From contig OX597820.1 of the NCBI GenBank assembly GCA_951406725.2, forward strand, positions 69,874,001 through 69,938,000: 64,000 nt of DNA. The letters are read 5' to 3'. The stretch's first letter is position 1; the number at the start of each line of letters is the position of its first letter. The translations under genes were made by a program, and so were the position numbers. This DNA comes from Octopus vulgaris (taxonomy: Eukaryota). Of the stretch, positions 55,330 through 64,000 are shown piece after piece. The notes below the pieces were generated by a model. That model was given only the letters and a program-made list of their open reading frames with translations. It was not told where the DNA came from and did not search any database.

Positions 55330-56590
55330 GCTTAAAGAGTGTATAATGAGGGAGCAGAGCAGATGCTAAAAACTACAGACCCATCTCTCTGACCTCACAT
55401 GTTAACAAGGCAATGGAACTCATTGTCAGAAAAAGGCTGATCACGTTCCCAGAAGAAAGCAACCTTCTCACAAATGTGCAACAGGGCTTCCGTCCAGGGA
55501 AGAGCTGCCTCATACAGATACTGCAGCACATTCACTGAGAACTGAAGCAACAGCTAAACCAGTCAGTTGTAAACGCGATATACCTTGACTTTGCCAAGGC
55601 CTTCGATAAGATTGATCATGGCATGATATGTCACAAGCCGTGAAACCTTGGTATTACTAGAAAACTGGGAGAGTGGGTGCGTGATTTTCTGAAGGGCAGG
55701 AGTCAGCTGTAGCCAATGGTGCTCACTCTGAAGAGACACAAATTCTCAGCAGAGTTCCACAGGGAAATGTACAGAGGCCACTACTATTTGTGGTGGCCCT
55801 TTCAGACATGCCCTCTGCGGTACAGTCAGCCAATCTGACCAGTTATGCTGATGACACAAAAGTATGTATCCAATGCAGTTAGGAACCCAGATAACTGCAA
55901 AAAGACCTGAATGAAATATACAAATTGGCTATGTATGTATGTATGTATAGTGTCAGGTCACTTTCGAGTGCTACTGGTAACATGTAACCCAGTACAACCT
56001 GTTGCATGGTCTGGGCGTCGGCGACTAAACCGGCAACCCCAGCAAGCTCGCTTGGTGAGGAGGGTTCAACGCTAGAAAATTTAAGGCACTCCACTATCGG
56101 CTCAACACCTAGCTAAAATCGGAATACACTAGACCAGGAGGTAATACGAACTCAGAGTCAGAGGTGTTGCGTGACCTCGGAGTTCACATGAGCATGATGC
56201 AACATTCCCTGCGCATATTACCAAGATGGCAACACTGTGCAAGCGAGCGGCTAGCTGGATTCTGAGGACATTCAGAACCAGGAAAAGGAAGCCATGGTAC
56301 TCCTATGGATGACTTTCGTTCTCAGGCGCTTGGACTAATGCTCCCATCTATGGTCTCCAAAGTGTGAAACAAGCGGTGGAACTCGAAGTAATCCAGTGCC
56401 AATACACAAAGAAGATTGAATCGATGCAAAAAAAATGGGCTACTGGGAGAGGCTAAAGGAGCTGAGTCTCTATTGCCTGGAGAGAAAACGAGAGAAATGT
56501 GCAGTGATATAAATTTGGAAGATTCTTGAGGATTTAGCTCCCACCTTTGCCGAACTTCTGAGCTGGAGCCGCCCCATCGGATGCAGTTTA
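55330..56590 (+). mobile_element. CR1/L2-group LINE RT fragment, decayed
   Basis: Translates NYRPISLTSHV, QQGFRPGKSC, YLDFAKAFDKIDH, VPQG..PLLF, YADDTK, RDL(G) and YWERLKELSLY. Stops and frameshifts are present, and there is an interruption at ~55930-56070. Confidence 0.9.
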
Positions 56591-56797
56591 ATTCCCCACA
56601 TACATACATACATACATACATACATACATACATACATACATACATACATACATACATACACGTACATACACGTACATACATACATGCATACATATATAAA
56701 TACATGAAATACATACACAGACATACATATATACATATATACATACATGCATACATACACACACATACATACATACATACATACATACATACATACA

Positions 56798-56831
<34 letters not shown>

Positions 56832-57367
56832 CATACATGCATACATACATATATACATACATGCATAAATACATACATACATACATACATACATACATAC
56901 ATACATACATACATACATACATACATACGCCTATGCTTTTTCATCCTAAATCAGGTGTATCCAAGAGCAGAACAAGGTCAGAATAGTTAATGAAGAGATA
57001 GGATATTGGAATTGTCATGGATTGACTGGAGTTTGCTAGGAACTGTTTCTGGGATTACACTCTGCCATTTTTTTTTCATTGATATTCCCCTTAGCTTTCT
57101 CATCATTTCTTTCTCAATGGCTACTGAGTGCGCTTCGCATGTAACGAAAGAACTTGAATTTAAAGTTTTAAATCCTCTAAACAGACTTCCATATGATTAG
57201 TGGTCCATCACTCCCAGTGGTTTACTATATTTTGACCAGCAAAACAAGCATCTTTGTCTCCTCATGTTAACTTTGTATGTTCAGCAGTTAAGCCTATATT
57301 GTATTCATGCAGCTATTTATCAAATTGGCTGGTAGAAATGGTTTCCAATATTGTTCTCTCTCTCTCT

Positions 57368-57412
<45 letters not shown>

Positions 57413-57662
57413 CCTCTTCCTTAATACACAGAGATATTTATATAATATATATATATATATTATGTTGCTGTGTTTATTATATATGTTGATTAATTAATAA
57501 ATTAATTTGTATCCATTTTCTGACTCAATAACAATGTTTTATAGTTTACGATATTCTATATAATATATTCATTGAAGAATTTTCTATTCAAAATTGAATA
57601 TATTAAACCTATGTATCTTGGATAAATATCCCGATACGAGCTTTGAATATCCTCATTGTGAT

Positions 57663-57748
<86 letters not shown>

Positions 57749-59065
57749 GAGATAGATGGATATGCATATACATATATATGTATTTATTCATATATAATAT
57801 ATATTCACATTCATATACTCGTACATGTATGTATGTATATGTATGTGTGTATATATATGTGTTTATATGTATAAATATATAAATATGTGTATGTATGTAT
57901 GTATATATATATTGTTTGGTTTTTATTGAAATTGTTAGCACAGTTCAGTTTCTCTTTCGTTTAGCAAACGCAAAAATGGAATATTTTATCTCCACCTTCC
58001 CATGTTTAAAGAAGCTCTTTATTGCATTTACTCAGGGATGAATATGATATGACTCAGTCACTGAGGTTCTGCAGCTTCTAAACGAGTAAAAAGTGTGTTC
58101 GTGGGAGTTTTAGGCGTTTTATTATTTTTTTTTCGACCAGTTACTTTTGTTTCTTTATATAGCATCCACTAAGTCCTTTCTATGATCTCCTCCCTCGTTG
58201 CTTTGTACTAGCGATAACAGCAGTATATAACTCATCGATTGAATGACCAGAGAAATGTGGTAAGGAGAGAGAGAGAGAGAAAAAAAAGCGAGAGATAAAA
58301 AAAAAATTCTAATATAAAATAAAATAATGTTAGTCAGTGAAAGAAAAAATAGGAAAGGTCAGAAGTAATGAAAAAGAAACCTTCATAGAGACGAGTTAAA
58401 AAACGTGAATGGCTATGAAACTATAATTGCATTGCATACAGAAAATTTGTTAGAAAGTCGTGTGAATGAGTGACAAGGAAATATCTAGCTCAGGTAAATA
58501 TCTTAACATTGAGTTGTAAGTCTATTGTTATACTCAGCAATGAAACTTCCATTTATAGGTTCAACCATTTCAATAGATAATAATAAACAAAATAAGCTAC
58601 AGCAATGAATAAGACGAGATATCCAGAAAGAAGAGTCATTTGCAAAACTCCATGGAAAGGTTTATAAAATGCCGTTCCCAACATAGTATATTATACGGTA
58701 GCTCTTTCGTAAGTCCTAATCTTTTTCTTTATATTCTGCAACTTACCATTTTTTCTTTATATCTATATTTTTATTTAGACATTTTCTTCTGACTTCTCCG
58801 AGTTATCAATAGTGTGGACGCAATACTGTATAACAGCTTTCATTAAATAGCTTGTCATCATAGTAACTTGTATTCTTCTTCATTAATTGTGGCAGGAAAT
58901 TGACAAGCATATTATTCTGTAATAATAAAGTTCAAAACTCACTAACGGCCGCCATGTTGTGCAAGGCAAAGGGAAATGCTGTCGTATTTTCTATAGAAAA
59001 TACACATTAGACAGAGTTCCTTTAAAAGAATCCATTTTCGAAAAAAAAGTGAGCAACTTTTCTCT

Positions 59066-59109
<44 letters not shown>

Positions 59110-59424
59110 TTTATTTATTTATTTTTTTCACTTTATACCGCAATAAGTGAACAATAGCGTCGTTGATGTTGGTGTCCGACGGTCAGTCATTGGTTCGATG
59201 AATTTCTGACAACGGCACTGACAAGGGAGTGTCTGTCAATTGATGAACAACAAATAATTCAGAAGTCATCGCTCGAAAAGTTCCAATATTTATTTCCTTC
59301 GTCGGTGAAAGACATATTCATGTGCATCATATTTATGCACGCGCACGTGTGTTTGTTTGTGTAAGTGTATGTGTGTGTGTGTGTGTGTGTGTGCAGGTAT
59401 GTATGTAAGCATGTATCTACGTGC

Positions 59425-59486
<62 letters not shown>

Positions 59487-59530
59487 GTATACGTATATAT
59501 ATATGTAGATGTATATATATATATGTATAC

Positions 59531-59567
<37 letters not shown>

Positions 59568-59568
<1 letters not shown>

Positions 59569-59860
59569 CGGGAGGCTTTATGAAAATAAACAAAAGACGA
59601 AGGCAGGTGGAAAACAAACGAACAATTGTATTAGTATGGCGCTCAGGAAATATAAATAAAACAAGTCTTTAACGTTTCGAGCCTACGCTCTTCAACAGAA
59701 AGATACACAGAGAGAGAAAAACACAGAAAGAAGGAGAGAAAAAAATGCGTGCAGTAGCTAACGAATCAACATGGCGATCTGATTTCGGCCAGAGGTCAAA
59801 GATCAAACATGAGACGCGAGAGCGAAATAAGGGGAGATAATAGGGTTAATATAAGAGGAA
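59568..59860 (-). mobile_element. Penelope-like pLTR fragment next to (TA)n
   Basis: Homologous to 42175-42360 (CAAAAGA, GTATTAGT, CGCTCA, TTTCGAGCCTAC, AACATGGCG). Confidence 0.65.
59666..59703 (-). ncRNA. minimal hammerhead-like motif, CUGUUGA variant
   Basis: Reverse complement: TCTTT-CTGTTGA-AGAGCGTAGGCTC-GAAA-CG-TT-AAAGA, with a 5-bp stem I and palindromic AACGTT. Confidence 0.55.
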
Positions 59861-60004
59861 ATAAAAATACAACAAACGGGACAGTTTATGCGAACAAGTT
59901 CAAGGTTGAAAGTTCAAGGTGAGAAATGTGTAGACGTCGTGGTATATTTTTTAAGGATTTCACATCAATGCAAAGTCACTTTGATCCGCGAAAGAGAGGT
60001 GCAG

Positions 60005-60053
<49 letters not shown>

Positions 60054-60139
60054 AATCCAAACGGGAAACAAAAAAACAACAACAAGGGAACAATTACAGT
60101 ATTATTATTAATAGGCGCTCAGGAAATGGAAGCAGGAAG

Positions 60140-60174
60140 GTATGACGTTTCGAGCGGAGCTCTTCGTCGGAAAC
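60140..60174 (-). ncRNA. minimal hammerhead-like motif, CCGACGA variant
   Basis: Reverse complement: GTTT-CCGACGA-AGAGCTCCGCTC-GAAA-CG-TC-ATAC, with a GUC triplet. Confidence 0.55.
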
Positions 60175-60949
60175 ATAAAGAAGGAAGAGAGAGGAAAGAA
60201 AGATCCCGGAGCGGGCAACGGAGATAGAGAAAAAAACGGCTGGTGTTAGCAGAAGCACATGGTGAAAGGCGGATGTTTACGATAACAAGAGCAAAGTGGG
60301 TTTTTAAAGGCAAAAGAGTGGAGACAAGGTTGGTAACGCAACAGATGTGTGTGTATGTGTGAGTGTGTGCGTGTGCGTGTGTGTATGTGTGTGTGTGAGG
60401 CGAGGTAAAAAAACAAAAAATATATGTATGTGTTAGTGTGTGCGTCTGTGTGTAGGCGTGTGAGGTAGGGCGAGACGGTGGTCAGCATAGCAGCAGCATA
60501 GCAGACAAAGGTCAGTAGTGAGAAAAGGGAGGAAGGAGGAAGGGAGGGAGGGGAAGGGGTGGGGGCGTATGTAGCGTGCCAGCGTGTGTTGAGTGGTAGT
60601 GTGTGTGTGTGTCCAGTGTCGTGGTAGTATTAGTGGCGAGTAGATTGAATGTGTGTAAGAGTGAGGTATATGTTTAAGCAATGTGTGTATATGTGTGCGC
60701 GTGTGTGTAACGAAAAAAAAGGGGGGGGGGTTTAGGAAAAGGACTCCAGCGGAGGGGAAGATGGAGGAGTGGTCCCGCGGAGACGGGCGTGGGAAAACCC
60801 AACGACACGCGACATCCCAGGAACGGGCGGGAGGTCTCGTCGGATCCAAGGGCGAGGTGCATGCGGGCGCATGCGTGCGCGAACCGGCGCAAACGCGTGT
60901 GTGCGCGAGCCTGCGAGTGTGCGCGTACGTATGTGTGCGTGTGGATGTG

Positions 60950-62965
60950 TGAGTGTGTCTGTGTGTATGTCTGGGTGGCAGTGTGTCCGATGAATGTATG
61001 TGAGTATGTGTGTATATATGTGTGTGCATAGATGTATGTCCGTGTGTGTGTGTGTGTGTGTATGTGTGTATGAGTGTGTATGTATGTACGTGTGGGTGTG
61101 GGGAAGTGTGTGTATGTGCATGTGTGTGCGCGAACATACAGGTGTGTGAGTGAGTGCGTGTGTGTGTATGTATGTGTGAGTGTGTATGTATGTGTGTGTA
61201 GGATGCATGTATGTGTATGGGTGTATGTATGCGTGTGTGTATGTATGTATGTGTACGTGCGTGTGTGTGTGTGTATGCGTGTAGGTGTGCGCGTGTGCAT
61301 GCGTGCATGTATGTGCGTATGTGTGTGTGTGTGCATGTGTGTGGGTATATATGTGTGTGCGTATATGTGTGTGTATGTGCGTACATGTGTGTGTGTGTGC
61401 ATGTGTGTGTGTAGGTGTGTAGGCGTGTGTGTATAGGTGTATGTATGTAAGTATGTATGGGTGTGTCCGTGTATGTGTGTATGTATGTGTGTGTATGTAG
61501 CTGTGTGGGCGTGTGTATATGTGTGTGTATGTAGGTGTGTAGGCGTGTGTATATAGGTGTATGTATGTATGTCTGGGTGTGTCCGTGCATGTTTGTGTGT
61601 GTGCGTGTGTGCATGTGTATGTAGGTGTGTGTGTACGTGTGTAATGTATGTGTGTATGCGTGTGTATGCGTGCGTGTGTGTATGTAGGTGCGTGTGTATG
61701 TGTGTGGGAGTGTAGGTGTGTGTGTGCGTGTGCGTGTTTATGTTGGTGTGTGCGTATGTGAGTGTGAGTGTATGAGTGTTTGTCATGCATGTGTGTGCGC
61801 GTGCAGGTGAGTGTGTGTGTAAGTATGTGTGTGTGTATGTTTGTGTGAGTGTGTATGTGTGTATGTCTGTGTGTATGTATGTGCGTATAGGAGTATGTAG
61901 GTATGTGTGTGTGTATGTATATGGGTGTATGTATGTGTGTGTGTGTGCATGTGTATAAGTATATGCGTGTGTGCGTATGTGTGTGTATGTGTATGTGTGT
62001 GTGTTTATGTATGTGTGTATGTATGTGTGTAGGCGTGAGTGTGTAGATGTATCTATATATGGGTGTGTGTCAGTGTGTGTTTGTGTGTGTGTAGGTAGAT
62101 GTGTGTGTCTGAGTGAGGGTATGGCTGTGTAGGTGTGTGTGTGTATGAATGTAAGTGTGTGCGTATACAAGTGTAATGTATGTATGTGGGTGTGTGTGTG
62201 TGTGTATGTGTACGTGTGCGTGTGTATGTGTGTGTGTGTATGCGTGTGAGTGTGGGTGTATGGGTGTATGTCTGTGTGTGTGTATGTCTGAAGTGGGTAT
62301 GTGTGTGTATGTATGTATGTGTGTGTGTGTGCGGGTATGTGTGTGTGTGTATGTGTGTGTGTGAGTAGGTGTGCGTGTATGTATGTGGGTAGGGATGCAT
62401 GCGAGTGTGTGGGTATGTATGCAAACATACGCAAGCGCACATCCGAAGCAAGCCCACACACACGAAGCGCGCTCACGCACACAACGCACAAGCAGTGCAA
62501 CGCAAGCCCAAAGGGGCCGACCGAGCCCCCAGCGCGCGCCAAGGCGCGCGAGCGCAAAGGCCCTCGAACGCCCCGCTACGCGGGAACCGAGGATCCATCA
62601 GCCAAAACCGGAAAGCAGAAAAGAGGGGGGGCTGCCTGGATGCAAAAAGGTGTATGTGTGTGTGCATTCAGTGTACGGGTGTGCATGTGTGGGTATGTAT
62701 GTATGTATGTGCCTACATGTATGTGTGCATGTGTGTGTGTGTGAGGTATGTACGTGCGGTGTGTGTGTGTGAGTGTGTGTGTATGTATGTGCGTATGTAT
62801 GTGTGTGTGTATGTGTGTATGTATGTCTGTGTGTGTGTGTGTGTGTAAGTATGTATGCGTGTGTGTATGTATGTGTGTGTGTATGTGCATGTGTGTCTGT
62901 AAGTGTGTGTGATTAAATGTGTGAATGTATGTACGTAGATGGGTCTACGTATGTGTGTGTGTGAA
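60950..62965. repeat. ~2 kb highly degenerate (GT)n/(GTAT)n low-complexity tract
   Basis: Alternating purine-pyrimidine tract, interrupted by a GC-rich island at ~62424-62640. Confidence 0.9.
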
Positions 62966-63082
62966 CAGGCGTGTGGGAGGTAGGTAGGTGGGTGGGAGGT
63001 AGGTGGGTGGGAGGTAGGTGGGTGGGTGTGTGTGGGTGGTGTGTCCGGGAAAAAAAAAAAAAAAAAAAAAAAAAAAACGGTC

Positions 63083-64000
63083 TCAAGAGGAGGGGGCTGT
63101 GTTAAGTCCGTGTGGGGTGGTAGTTTGTAGGGTGAAGATGTAGCGTTGCTCCAAGTGGAGCCTGGAAAGTGGGCGACCATTGTGGGGGGCGAGACCAAAC
63201 ACTGAGATGTCATCTCGGGAATGGCCGGCCGAGCGGAAGTGGCGTGCGACGGGAGAAAAAGAGTGTAGGCGAACGTCCCTCAAGTGTTCAGTGAAACGGT
63301 CGGACAACCGGCGTCCCGTCTGACCTACATACAGCATCCCGCATAGGTTGCATTTAATGCAGTAAATAAGGCCAGACGAGGTGCACGTAAAAGAGTGCCT
63401 AATGCGTACAGTATGCAGGTTGGAGCCGGTGACAGCGGTGGTGTTGGTGATGAAGGGGCAAGTATTGCAGCGGGATCTAGAGCAAGGGAATGATCCGTGT
63501 GGGGCTGAGGGGGAAGGGGAGAGGGTGCTGTGGACCAGGAGGTCACGCAGATTGCGGGCTCGTTTGAAAGAGGACAGGGGTGGGTTAGGGAAAATGGGGC
63601 GGGTGGTGGGATCAAGCTGGAGGCGACGGAAGGCACGTAGTATCTTGCGACGAAGGGGTAGGGTAGAGGGGTGGAAAAGGAGGGGGAAGGGGGTGCGGTT
63701 GGGGGGTGGGCGGGGGGAAGGAGACAAGGCGGTAGTGCGGTCGATGCGACGGGCGCGGGTGAGGGCATCAGAGAGGAGTGTGGGTGGGTAACCTCGGAGT
63801 CTGAACATGCGGGCCAGGTATTGAGATTGGGTCTCGAAATCCTGGTCGCGGCTGCACAAACGTCGGAGGCGGAGGAACTGGGAGTAGGGGATGGCTCGTT
63901 TGGTGTGGAAGGGGTGGGAGGAAGAGAAGTTGAGATAGAGGTGGGAATCCGTAGGTTTAAAGAAGGCGGTGGTGGTGAGAGAGCTGGAGGGGTGATCGAT
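63083..64000 (-). CDS. Penelope-like (Neptune-type) polyprotein C-terminus: RT thumb, Cys-rich linker and GIY-YIG endonuclease (partial, runs off the window)
   Basis: The frame is open for 305 codons from the window edge: FKPTDSHLYLNFSSSHP.HTK.AIPYSQFLRLRRLCS, RARNLRDLLV, CSRSRCNTC, FTCTSSGLIYCIKCNLCGMLYVGQTGRRLSDRFTEH, ..EQRYIFTLQT..PHGLN. Confidence 0.93.
   Translation of the reverse strand: MDHPSSSLTTTAFFKPTDSHLYLNFSSSHPFHTKRAIPYSQFLRLRRLCSRDQDFETQSQYLARMFRLRGYPPTLLSDALTRARRIDRTTALSPSPRPPPNRTPFPLLFHPSTLPLRRKILRAFRRLQLDPTTRPIFPNPPLSSFKRARNLRDLLVHSTLSPSPSAPHGSFPCSRSRCNTCPFITNTTAVTGSNLHTVRIRHSFTCTSSGLIYCIKCNLCGMLYVGQTGRRLSDRFTEHLRDVRLHSFSPVARHFRSAGHSRDDISVFGLAPHNGRPLSRLHLEQRYIFTLQTTTPHGLNTAPSS

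Larger units (their letters stand above)
60050..64000 (-). mobile_element. Penelope-like retroelement, 3' portion: ORF end, ~3 kb CA-rich 3' region, hammerhead pLTR and (TA)n junction
   Basis: Continuous strand bias from the ORF stop (63083) to ~60050, and a hammerhead-like motif on the same strand as the ORF. Confidence 0.7.

Noticed and set aside
60433-62557. Long His/Thr-rich ORFs (393, 627 and 352 aa)
   Set aside because: They are translations of a degenerate CA tract that rarely produces stop codons. They are open in all three frames and have no domain.
62975-63040. G-rich repeats as telomeric sequence
   Set aside because: The unit is GGGAGGTAGGT/GGGT, not TTAGGG. At most it is a potential G-quadruplex.
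63050-63077. A28 run as a retroposon poly(A) tail
   Set aside because: It is a T-run on the coding strand of the adjacent Penelope ORF, and no plus-strand element or TSD accompanies it.

Overview
This is AT-rich, repeat-dominated animal DNA with no host protein-coding gene that I can recognise. The SINE and microsatellite content suggests a cephalopod (octopus-like) intron or intergenic region, which is an inference. Most ORF-track entries are translations of (TA)n, (CA)n or (CATA)n microsatellites. The real coding remnants are all mobile elements: a Penelope-like ORF end with an uninterrupted frame (RT thumb plus GIY-YIG, 63083-64000, minus strand), two decayed Penelope copies, a decayed R4/Dong-type LINE, a CR1-type LINE fragment, and Tc1 and mariner remnants. 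There are also several MITEs and about 25 tRNA-derived SINE copies from three modular families. The strongest hidden signal is about 14 minimal type I hammerhead-ribozyme-like motifs with short, mostly palindromic stem III sequences. They lie in Penelope 3' ends and in non-coding units mostly bordered by (TA)n. Two units are large inverted repeats with a ribozyme on each strand, and one is a ~500 bp unit with terminal direct repeats (retrozyme-like). Other notable structures are a SINE array built by repeated insertion into one 15-bp target, a perfect 67-bp-arm hairpin insertion with a 12-bp TSD, and a ~3 kb CA-rich Penelope 3' region with GC-rich hairpin islands. All calls were made by eye. 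Element boundaries are approximate and no ribozyme activity has been shown.
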